Shown here: in pieces, positions 16,877 through 23,987 of the stretch | How the letters are laid out: the number at the start of each line of letters is the position of its first letter | Numbering within the stretch: position 1 is the first letter of the stretch | Virus record (IMG/VR): IMGVR_UViG_3300012917_000001 | Span: 1-43,514 of that record | Origin: a virus | Reading direction: 5' to 3' (one strand) | Length of the DNA: 43,514 nt | The notes under the pieces: generated by a model | The model's database searches: none | What the model saw: the letters and a program-made list of their open reading frames with translations, nothing else | What the model was told of the DNA's origin: nothing | Translations under genes and position numbers: made by a program

Positions 16877-17047
16877 ATGTCGAAGCAAGCCACAAAGGAC
16901 AAGCGACGTGTACGCCGCGTGCGGTCGATACGTGCGCGACAGTCGAGACAGGCGATACGCACCAATCCAAGTCGAATCAATCGACAGCTTGGCTTGGGCT
17001 TCCAAGCAAGCCCTACGTTCACCTGTCGAAACGAGGATATATGCTGA
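16877..17047 (+). CDS. Highly basic micro-protein, 56 aa (ORF A of the coupled train)
   Basis: Strong SD AAGGTGA precedes the ATG. 12 R + 3 K in 56 aa. The stop lies within ATGCTGA, which contains the next start. Confidence 0.45.
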   Translation: MSKQATKDKRRVRRVRSIRARQSRQAIRTNPSRINRQLGLGFQASPTFTCRNEDIC

Positions 17048-17217
17048 GTGCAATAGCATGGCGGGCCAAGGCGCACCAATGGCTGCGCGTCGCACGACGC
17101 AAGACGGCAGACGAGAGGGCAGCAGCTATCAGAGCGGCTGCCTATTGCCGTTCCATGTCGATCAAGTCGCGGGCCATGCCGGCCAACGCCACACCGAGGA
17201 GGGCAGTAGCATGCTAG
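17041..17217 (+). CDS. Basic micro-protein, 58 aa (ORF B)
   Basis: Internal Met of track ORF 16858..17217, starting inside ATGCTGA. The stop lies inside ATGCTAG. Confidence 0.45.
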   Translation: MLSAIAWRAKAHQWLRVARRKTADERAAAIRAAAYCRSMSIKSRAMPANATPRRAVAC

Positions 17218-17381
17218 AGCCACAGACACTGCGAAACAATCGCGGGCATGATTGCGAATTGGACGGGCATGTTTACATGTCCGATCAAGTCTGCAACGGC
17301 GAGCCGGATAAAGGCTCAATATGTCACGAATGTAAGGCAGTACACAAGGGATGGACTGTCGAAGGCATGCCAATATGCTAA
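17211..17381 (+). CDS. Cys-containing micro-protein, 56 aa (ORF C; possibly Zn-binding, C..C...CxxC)
   Basis: MLEPQTLRNNRGHDCELDGHVYMSDQVCNGEPDKGSICHECKAVHKGW.... It starts in ATGCTAG and ends in ATGCTAA. Confidence 0.5.
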   Translation: MLEPQTLRNNRGHDCELDGHVYMSDQVCNGEPDKGSICHECKAVHKGWTVEGMPIC

Positions 17382-17650
17382 TCCCATACAAGCAATGGCT
17401 GCTAGCCAAGCAGCGCAGACGCATGCAAGGTTCATGGGGCGGAGACATACATCCGTCGAGCGGTACTGATTGTGGCGATCTGCATGATGTGGTACATTCA
17501 CCACAGTTCAAAGCTCGCTTTGCCGATCTGATAGGCATGGGCACACAAAATTCGGTGGTAACGCCACCAATCCGCTGCAGGGCGGTTTCCTGCGATACTA
17601 GTATCAGCGACGATAATGTTGGGCTAACGCCCAAAGGAGAGGACAAATGA
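17375..17650 (+). CDS. Hypothetical protein, 91 aa (ORF D)
   Basis: Starts in ATGCTAA and has an ATGA overlap with the next ORF. Confidence 0.5.
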   Translation: MLIPYKQWLLAKQRRRMQGSWGGDIHPSSGTDCGDLHDVVHSPQFKARFADLIGMGTQNSVVTPPIRCRAVSCDTSISDDNVGLTPKGEDK

Positions 17651-17901
17651 GTGGGATTCTGAAGTCAGTCAATGCGGCGGCCAAGAAGGACGTTCCGCAG
17701 ACCACGGGGCTCGTGTATCGTGGAGAGAAGGACGGAAGCACTATCGTGGGCTACTGGCTCAACGGTGTGTTCGTCGTGCTGTCACGGCACTCGACCCGTG
17801 GCGCAGCGTTGAACAAGATCAACGCTCTGAACGGCGGCACGGGCTGCGCGTTCGACTCGAAGGGCAACACATACGCGGTGTCTGCCGCGCGCGCTGCCTA
17901 A
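17647..17901 (+). CDS. Hypothetical protein, 84 aa (ORF E; last gene of the early unit)
   Basis: Track ORF with normal composition, followed by a strong terminator. Confidence 0.7.
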   Translation: MSGILKSVNAAAKKDVPQTTGLVYRGEKDGSTIVGYWLNGVFVVLSRHSTRGAALNKINALNGGTGCAFDSKGNTYAVSAARAA

Positions 17902-17903
17902 CA

Positions 17904-17950
17904 GGTTAGAGTAGCTAACCCTTGCCCCCCCGAAAGGGGGGGTAATTTTA
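17904..17950 (+). terminator. Tandem hairpins ending in a strong intrinsic terminator
   Basis: GGTTAG-AGTAG-CTAACC at 17904-20, then CCCCCCC-GAAA-GGGGGGG at 17925-42, followed by TAATTTTA. Confidence 0.8.
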
Positions 17951-17973
17951 GATACTCCATAGGAGAAAAAAGA

Positions 17974-19674
17974 ATGCCCCTGCGTTTCGATGCATCGGAG
18001 ATTACTAGCGCCGGCAGTAATTACATAACGAGCAGTACTTTACCTGGCAATGCTAGGTTTCATGTGCTTTTGGATAATCGTGGCACCGGGCGCTGTGTCA
18101 GATGTGATACACTTGCCCATGGTAGGTGTTGGGGTGGGGATGCATGGGTCATGTGCGCACGATGTGCGGTAGAATTCCACGGTGCCCCAGATTTACGCGA
18201 AGACATATCTGTGCCAGCAGGCACAGAAAACGGCGATGGCTTCAGTGAAGAGCCAGAAGTCTTAACTACCAAGCGAGATAAGTCATTTGATCCTGCGCAG
18301 TATCACACGTACAAGCACAATAGAGACCTGAATGGGCGCAGTGGCTGTTCCGGCTACAAATGTGAGACATGCCCCGCTCCGCACCGCACGCTTGTCAAGA
18401 ACAAGCAATTCTACATGGGCACAGGGGACAGGGGCTATCTATGCGAGGCATGCTTCCATAAGCTCAAGGCCAAATGGGAGATTACTCCGCGGTCACGTTG
18501 CCGTCTATGCGAACTAACCCACGTCACTGCAAAAATGACTGTGACACTGTATGAAGGTACAGTATGCGCTTACTGCGCGCACGAGTATTTTATCCTGACT
18601 CCGCATACAGATGGCGGCCTTGTCAATAGGTCCGGTACGGCATGGTGCAATACCGCGGCGCATGGGCGTGTCTATGCTTCACAGCGGTGGGCTACGGATC
18701 ATTGGTTCCGCGCTGGTGATATGTGGTACGAGACACAGGAAGCCGCGGAGGCCATTAACTACAGTACGGATACAACCTATCGCGACCATCGCGTTGCCAC
18801 CAATACTGGTAATACGATATTCCCGTATGGCACCAATATCATCAAAATGCTAGGCTTTCCTAGCGTTACTGCCAAAGATGCTCTATGCTTCGGCGTAGAG
18901 CTTGAAATGGTACCAAAGATGAACAACCATCACCAAAACGTAGTGGATACGTTGGGCGGCAAATGGGTGCCTGAGCGTCCGTACATTCTCTGTCGTGATG
19001 GTAGCTTAGGCGACGCTGGCGTAGAAATGATTACGCTGCCGTTTACGCTCGCCGCTCATAAATCAGACAGATACATGCCATGGAAAGCGACACTGGCTGG
19101 CCTGCGCCATGTTGCTATGTCCGGCAAGAATACCAAAGTATGCGGCATGCATGTGCATATCAATCGCCGTGCCTTATCGCAGCTACAAATGGGTAAGATG
19201 CTTGTAGTTGTCAATGCCCCTGAAATGCAGGAACTGATATGCTGCATAGCGCAGCGCAATGACGGTGGCTATGCTCACCGCAAGTTCGCCAAGATTAGTG
19301 ACGGTAAGTTCATTGAGGGAACGCACTTTGACGCACTGAACATTGCTACTAGCAAGGGCACATGCGAGTTACGCATATTCCGAGGAAACCTGCGATATGA
19401 GCGGGTAATGAAAAATCTGGAGTTTACCGAAGCACTCTGCGCGTACGCTGCGCAACAAAGCATGCAGTTGCTCACGAATCCTGCCTTACTGGTTGAGTGG
19501 ATACACTCTCATGCCGGGCATTATCCGTACTTGAGCCGGTTTCTAACGGAAACCTACAAGCCAAAGGCTGACTATGTAGCGCTCGCCAAGAAGGCCAGCG
19601 CATCGCATAGTAACGAGCAATGGCGATCGATTGCAATCGGAATTACAGTAGCCGAAACAGAAGGGGACATCTAA
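17974..19674 (+). CDS. Triple Zn-ribbon domain fused to an Amidoligase_2-like (carboxylate-amine ligase) domain, 566 aa
   Basis: N-terminal half: CVRCD..CARC, CETC..CEAC and CRLC..CAYC. C-terminal half: FGVELEM, DGSLGDAGVEMITLPF, CGMHVHINR and CELRIFRGN, recognised as amidoligase family motifs. Confidence 0.65.
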   Translation: MPLRFDASEITSAGSNYITSSTLPGNARFHVLLDNRGTGRCVRCDTLAHGRCWGGDAWVMCARCAVEFHGAPDLREDISVPAGTENGDGFSEEPEVLTTKRDKSFDPAQYHTYKHNRDLNGRSGCSGYKCETCPAPHRTLVKNKQFYMGTGDRGYLCEACFHKLKAKWEITPRSRCRLCELTHVTAKMTVTLYEGTVCAYCAHEYFILTPHTDGGLVNRSGTAWCNTAAHGRVYASQRWATDHWFRAGDMWYETQEAAEAINYSTDTTYRDHRVATNTGNTIFPYGTNIIKMLGFPSVTAKDALCFGVELEMVPKMNNHHQNVVDTLGGKWVPERPYILCRDGSLGDAGVEMITLPFTLAAHKSDRYMPWKATLAGLRHVAMSGKNTKVCGMHVHINRRALSQLQMGKMLVVVNAPEMQELICCIAQRNDGGYAHRKFAKISDGKFIEGTHFDALNIATSKGTCELRIFRGNLRYERVMKNLEFTEALCAYAAQQSMQLLTNPALLVEWIHSHAGHYPYLSRFLTETYKPKADYVALAKKASASHSNEQWRSIAIGITVAETEGDI

Positions 19675-20886
19675 ATGTGCTTGATCGCCTATATACCTGC
19701 CGGTAAGGCCGTTTCCCGCGCGGTATTTGACAAGGCGCATACTACCAATTCCGACGGGATTGGCATCATGTCCATCCAAGGCGTGCAAAAATTCTTTGGC
19801 AGCAAAGCTCTCAAGCGCGCCCGTAACTACGTGGATTCGCTGGTAGCTGCCAAGGTAGCGCATGCTATCCACTGGCGTTTCGCTACTCATGGCACCAAAC
19901 AACTGGCCTTGTGCCATCCATTCAAGCTTCCCAATCTTGACGTATATCTCATGCACAATGGCGTGATAGGAGCTACTTCGCAGGAAGCTACGGAAGATGC
20001 CAGCGATACGCTGTTGTACGTAAACAAGCTGACAGATGCTCCACAGTCGCATGAGGACTTAGAGTATTGGAGCAAAGTCTGTACGGACATTGGTCGCTAT
20101 AACAAAGCGTGTGTTATGTACCCGGACGGGCACTTTATCATTCTGAACAAGGAAGAAGGCACGGAAATAGACGGCATTTGGTACAGCAACCAGTACAGTC
20201 TGCCTTCTGCGTTGCGTACAAACAACAACTATTTCACACCATCTCGCTTACGTCAGCAGCAAGAATCCTCCCGTTGGCAGAGTGGCGGATATTGGGTGCC
20301 ATGGGATCCGACTACCAAAACCGGCGGCTACTATGAAACTAACCGCCATAGCCGCCCCGCCGATGCTTGGGATAAAGGCCCGTTTGGTAGCATGATTTAC
20401 TGGAGTGCTCAGTATGATTGTTACGGATATTGGGAACACGAAGCTTTCGTTAAACTGTCAGTGGGGAAGGCGCTGGTGCAGGACAATACTGTGCCGGCGT
20501 CTACTCCTGCACCTATCGCATTGCTACCTGCCCCCTCACAAGCTACTACACCTGTAGTACTTGACGCCGGGGAACGGTGTGCTAGATGCAATCGCCCCAA
20601 GAACCGTACAGCGTTTTATGTGCAGTGTTTCTGTGAGCCTGGCGAACTGGCTAGATGGTACACAGGGCAGGGCATTAAGCCGCCGTTGGCTAGCGGACCT
20701 ACGCTCGACACTGACGAGACTGCGCTAACGAGCGGCATGACTCACGAGGGCATGTGTGAGCATGGCGAGCTATCATGGGAGAATTGTAAAGAGTGCATCA
20801 ATAGACTTGAGGCAGCAGATACACAAGTGCGAGCCGATAAGCTTGCCAGCAAAATCATCGACTTATCCCGCGCTAGCGAGAAATAA
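19675..20886 (+). CDS. Class-II (Ntn) glutamine amidotransferase / thiol-peptidase-like protein with a Cys-rich C-terminal extension, 403 aa
   Basis: Starts MCLIAY (nucleophile Cys2), with HWRFATHG and MHNGVI motifs. The ATG abuts the amidoligase stop. The tail carries CARCN...CFC and CEHG...CKEC. Confidence 0.7.
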   Translation: MCLIAYIPAGKAVSRAVFDKAHTTNSDGIGIMSIQGVQKFFGSKALKRARNYVDSLVAAKVAHAIHWRFATHGTKQLALCHPFKLPNLDVYLMHNGVIGATSQEATEDASDTLLYVNKLTDAPQSHEDLEYWSKVCTDIGRYNKACVMYPDGHFIILNKEEGTEIDGIWYSNQYSLPSALRTNNNYFTPSRLRQQQESSRWQSGGYWVPWDPTTKTGGYYETNRHSRPADAWDKGPFGSMIYWSAQYDCYGYWEHEAFVKLSVGKALVQDNTVPASTPAPIALLPAPSQATTPVVLDAGERCARCNRPKNRTAFYVQCFCEPGELARWYTGQGIKPPLASGPTLDTDETALTSGMTHEGMCEHGELSWENCKECINRLEAADTQVRADKLASKIIDLSRASEK

Positions 20887-20895
20887 GGAGACATA

Positions 20896-20985
20896 ATGAC
20901 ACGAGTGAATATAATGACCGGGTACATAATGGCCGGAACAATCATCCTAGTACTGGCCTGCGGCAGTATAGCAGCAATGCTGTGA
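20896..20985 (+). CDS. Hydrophobic micro-peptide, 29 aa (below the track cut-off)
   Basis: SD TAAGGAG lies 6 nt before the ATG. Sequence MTRVNIMTGYIMAGTIILVLACGSIAAML. Its TGA overlaps the GTG start of the next gene (GTGA). Confidence 0.45.
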   Translation: MTRVNIMTGYIMAGTIILVLACGSIAAML

Positions 20986-21377
20986 AACTCGACGATACGC
21001 ATATAGCGGCGATACAGGCGCTATCTGTTTCGATCATCGCCCAATTACGACGAGACGGACGCTTTCCTGCTCGTTTAGACGAGGAGGATTATGCGGACAT
21101 ATCACAGGATGGGACACTCGCAGCACTCGGGCTATTCAATCGGTATGATCCTAATAGGGGCAGCCTGCGTGCTTTTATGGGTCCTGCTATGGCACGCGCT
21201 ATGCTGGCTTGTGCGTGGGCTCAGGCACAAGTGGGTATCACAGGCGACCATGGTGCCTTACAAGTCTGGAGTACAGACGACAACGAAGCAGAAGTCGAAC
21301 TACCTTTAGCGGATGACGTAGCCGCAGAGATAGAGGCTTTCGATCATGTGTGGCAATCGCATTATGTTCGCGATTGA
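20982..21377 (+). CDS. Sigma-70 region-2-only protein, 131 aa (gp55-like late sigma, or a decoy?)
   Basis: DISQDGTLAALGLFNRYDPNRGSLRAFMGPAMARAM parallels sigma-70 region 2.1-2.3 ([37 protein letters not shown]). No region 3 or 4 follows. Confidence 0.55.
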   Translation: MKLDDTHIAAIQALSVSIIAQLRRDGRFPARLDEEDYADISQDGTLAALGLFNRYDPNRGSLRAFMGPAMARAMLACAWAQAQVGITGDHGALQVWSTDDNEAEVELPLADDVAAEIEAFDHVWQSHYVRD

Positions 21378-21467
21378 ACATAATTTCGATAGCATTTGCC
21401 TAACATTACAAACTGCGAGAGCAAACATCTTTGACCCCATTTCCATGTCTCGCCAAGGTCATATCTG

Positions 21468-21484
21468 CAGTTAGTCACTAACTG
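21468..21484. repeat. Perfect 8-1-8 palindrome CAGTTAGT-C-ACTAACTG
   Basis: Read directly. It lies in the 244-nt gap after the sigma-like gene. Confidence 0.85.
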
Positions 21485-21507
21485 TATCTCCGGTAGTCGG
21501 CAGGCAT

Positions 21508-21561
21508 TTGCAATTGCAATGCGGCCCCTCTGGGGGGCCGGCTAAGTAGTTCCTGCATTGC
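21508..21561. promoter_or_regulatory. Nested palindromes and GC hairpin (TTGCAATTGCAA; CGGCCCC-5nt-GGGGCCG; flanking GCAATGC/GCATTGC)
   Basis: Palindrome at 21508-19. 7-bp GC stem at 21522-40. Outer arms at 21516-22 and 21555-61. There is no U-tract. Confidence 0.5.
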
Positions 21562-21621
21562 GATTGTCATTCGGTCGAGCTTCGCTCTCCCCTATAACAT
21601 GACCTGCCGGAAAGGGGTCTT

Positions 21622-21840
21622 ATGGAGAATCAGATGATACGTATATTGGCTAGGCTGTGGATATGGTTAATCATCACTGCCGGCATTACGTTGCTAGGAA
21701 CTGTCATTATTTTACTGCTATTAGCTGCTATACATGGAGAGCCGACGGCTCAAGCAGCATGCAAATTCATGGGTGGTTGTTTAGCGATAGCCGCATTTGC
21801 TATCATAACTGTTTGGTCTATTAACCATTATGCCGCCTAA
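21622..21840 (+). CDS. Two-TM membrane protein, 72 aa
   Basis: Two long hydrophobic segments. Its stop abuts the primase ATG. Confidence 0.65.
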   Translation: MENQMIRILARLWIWLIITAGITLLGTVIILLLLAAIHGEPTAQAACKFMGGCLAIAAFAIITVWSINHYAA

Positions 21841-22647
21841 ATGTCGATAGACTACGCAATGCAGGTACTCGCCTCCGAGCTTGGCAACGGCCAGCACGGA
21901 GGCATTTGCTGTCCTGTTTGCAAGTCTGACGACAACGCAATGTCGATCATGGTCGATGGAGAAGCCATTAGAGCCGTCTGCCATCGCGCATCATGCGGAT
22001 TCAAGTACAACAATGATCGCCGCATTAGCGGCGCTATAAGCCGCCCCAGCCGCGTCCGGCCGTATACGGGTGCATTGGCTCTACTTGACCGAGCGGATTA
22101 CGTTTGGTTGTGTACAAGATTCGACGCTCCCATAAGTGCGTTCGGAGCCATGCGTAAGTCAGATGGTAGGTACTTTTTACCGATCATCGGCCCTGAAGGT
22201 ACGAGGCGCGGCTGGGTAAGTAGACGAGCATGGGAAGGGAGCCCGCTATATGATGCGGGCGATAAGTCACCAAAATCGTTGACGTATATGGAGACGGATG
22301 ATCCGGTGCAATGCTGGAATACGTCTGGTGGCGTGCCTGTCGATGTGGAGGATACCGTCGTATTGGTCGAAGATCAGATCAGCGCAGTGCGCGTGTTAAT
22401 TGACACGGGCCTGGTCAGTGTCGCTATCCTCGGAACAGGTATCAACGAAGAAAAGGTTGCAGAGCTACAGGGCCACGCGCGTAACATCTTGATCGCCCTA
22501 GACTCTGACGCCACGGGCCAAGCGTTTGCGATGGCCCGGAAGTGGGGACAAGCGTTCAATAGCTGTCGTGTTGTCATTCTCTCGAAAGATATCAAGGACA
22601 TGCAACGTGAAATGGTTCAAAAGACTTTTCAACGCAAAGCTACGTAG
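21841..22647 (+). CDS. DNA primase (Zn-ribbon + TOPRIM), 268 aa
   Basis: CPVCKSDDN...CHRASCGF zinc ribbon, plus TOPRIM-like VVLVEDQISAVRV and ALDSDATGQ. Confidence 0.7.
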   Translation: MSIDYAMQVLASELGNGQHGGICCPVCKSDDNAMSIMVDGEAIRAVCHRASCGFKYNNDRRISGAISRPSRVRPYTGALALLDRADYVWLCTRFDAPISAFGAMRKSDGRYFLPIIGPEGTRRGWVSRRAWEGSPLYDAGDKSPKSLTYMETDDPVQCWNTSGGVPVDVEDTVVLVEDQISAVRVLIDTGLVSVAILGTGINEEKVAELQGHARNILIALDSDATGQAFAMARKWGQAFNSCRVVILSKDIKDMQREMVQKTFQRKAT

Positions 22648-22716
22648 TTCCGCATCACATCAGTTCTATAAGCGGACTGAAATTCGCAATGGTTTCGAGT
22701 TTCGCACGACATAATA

Positions 22717-23142
22717 ATGTCGATATTTACCCCACATAAAAGGCATCCCATGGAAAATCGACCACATTTGGGCGCGCTAAATCTGAAGGCGCAAGGCGCA
22801 CATAAGCGCGTCCTATTCGTTTGCAGCGGCGGCATGCTTCGCTCTGCGACTTCCGCGCAGTTCATGTCTGCCCTTGGCGATTGGAATACCCGAAATGCAG
22901 GAACCATGCCTTCTGCACTTCCACCTGTACATGCCAATCTGGTCGAATGGGCGGAGATTATTTATTGCATGGAAGACCATCACGCAGAGTTCATGGCCGA
23001 GGAATTCCCGTGGGCACAGGCAAAGATTAGGACGTTAGACATACCGGACCAATATTTCTATCGCGATCCTAAGCTCATTCAGCTTCTACATGAGAAGTTT
23101 GCGAAGGAAATAAAGGAGGCTGCCAGCCATGTCGATCCCTAA
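22717..23142 (+). CDS. Low-molecular-weight phosphotyrosine-phosphatase-like protein, 141 aa
   Basis: P-loop VLFVCSGGMLRSAT (C-x5-R-S), NAGT, IIYCMEDHH and LDIPDQY (Asp loop) follow the LMW-PTP motif order. The second ArsC-type Cys is absent. Confidence 0.55.
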   Translation: MSIFTPHKRHPMENRPHLGALNLKAQGAHKRVLFVCSGGMLRSATSAQFMSALGDWNTRNAGTMPSALPPVHANLVEWAEIIYCMEDHHAEFMAEEFPWAQAKIRTLDIPDQYFYRDPKLIQLLHEKFAKEIKEAASHVDP

Positions 23143-23401
23143 CGATGATGTAAGCCTAGCCGCGCACAACGCATTCTTGCTGTATTTCCGGCACCTAAGC
23201 GAGTTGCCGAAAGAAATAGCAACAGTGCCGCGCCATTGGGTCGAGGAACTGCTGAATCAGTTGCTAGCCGTACTGGACGAGAACGATGAGCTACATAATG
23301 CTATTGATCCGCCAGCAGGCGGATATGACGAAGATCCTGCATTGTTCGAGGAGATAACGGAGTGGGGAGCAGAAGGGACGCAGCTTGAAACGGATTATTA
23401 A
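23129..23401 (+). CDS. Acidic hypothetical protein, 90 aa
   Basis: Track ORF with a 14-nt overlap with the upstream gene. Confidence 0.6.
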   Translation: MSIPNDDVSLAAHNAFLLYFRHLSELPKEIATVPRHWVEELLNQLLAVLDENDELHNAIDPPAGGYDEDPALFEEITEWGAEGTQLETDY

Positions 23402-23585
23402 AGCCAAGCCGACCGAGTGCGTTACCTGCCAAGGGCAAGGCTACACTCGGGCGACTTGCACTGAAATTATCAATGCCATTGGGGCGGATGGGAGAAGCAA
23501 ACTTGTCACATCGAAACTTGGTTCTGGGTGTGTCGATTGTCTTGGCACTGGGCAGCGCGGGCTGCGGCGCGCTACCGCCGTTTAA
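23385..23585 (+). CDS. DnaJ-type zinc-finger micro-protein (2 x CxxCxGxG), 66 aa
   Basis: CVTCQGQG and CVDCLGTG. TTG start with AAGGGA 9 nt upstream. Its 3' ~100 nt overlap the next gene out of frame. Confidence 0.45.
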   Translation: MKRIIKAKPTECVTCQGQGYTRATCTEIINAIGADGRSKLVTSKLGSGCVDCLGTGQRGLRRATAV

Positions 23586-23739
23586 CGCCAAGGTAACGGA
23601 TTGCGATACGCATCCGTCCGGCTGGTGTCGCCATGCGGAGCAGTCGTGGGATCAAGAGCGGCTGAAGCGTAACGACATCGGTTGTCCGACAGCAGTGTAT
23701 ATCGCCCCTAACGGTAATCTGGAGCTATGCCATCCATGA
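23473..23739 (+). CDS. Predicted lipoprotein, 88 aa (or 83 aa from the ATG at 23488)
   Basis: Signal peptide HRNLVLGVSIVLALGSAG|C with a lipobox-compatible SAGC. The mature part carries four further Cys. Confidence 0.55.
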   Translation: MPLGRMGEANLSHRNLVLGVSIVLALGSAGCGALPPFNAKVTDCDTHPSGWCRHAEQSWDQERLKRNDIGCPTAVYIAPNGNLELCHP

Positions 23740-23987
23740 ACGCATTTGTATTCGTATTGATCCTGTTCCTTTCGCCGGATGGCGCTATCGTAGGATATGC
23801 GGAAGGTGTGGCAGCAGACGTAGCCATGTGTCATCAGATGATCGACGCAAAGCTGAAGATGCACGACGTAGTGCCAGAAGGTACGAAGCCAAAGGGTATC
23901 TGCATCAATAACAAGCCGCTCCCTTCAGACGAGAGCAATCACTTCCAGCCCCGTCCGCCGCTCAGCACTAACTCAGTGACAATTTAA
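23736..23987 (+). CDS. Secreted or membrane-anchored small protein, 83 aa
   Basis: ATGA-coupled start. Hydrophobic N-terminus MNAFVFVLILFLSPDGA. Confidence 0.55.
   Translation: MNAFVFVLILFLSPDGAIVGYAEGVAADVAMCHQMIDAKLKMHDVVPEGTKPKGICINNKPLPSDESNHFQPRPPLSTNSVTI

Noticed and set aside
16840-17646. 268-aa minus-strand ORF (plus the 157-aa ORF at 16622..17095) spanning the early micro-ORF region
   Set aside because: Its Cys/Arg/Leu/Ser/Pro-dominated composition is typical of an antisense reading. It runs against the uniform plus orientation of this arm and has no SD. Its openness is explained by the frame-stepping plus-strand ORFs. It remains formally testable by Ribo-seq.
23473-23739. Lipoprotein as an o-spanin (Rz1-like) embedded in an i-spanin
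   Set aside because: The overlapping frame has no N-terminal TM domain. The locus is in the early/middle arm, far from the holin-endolysin genes. The mature part is not Pro-rich and short like Rz1.
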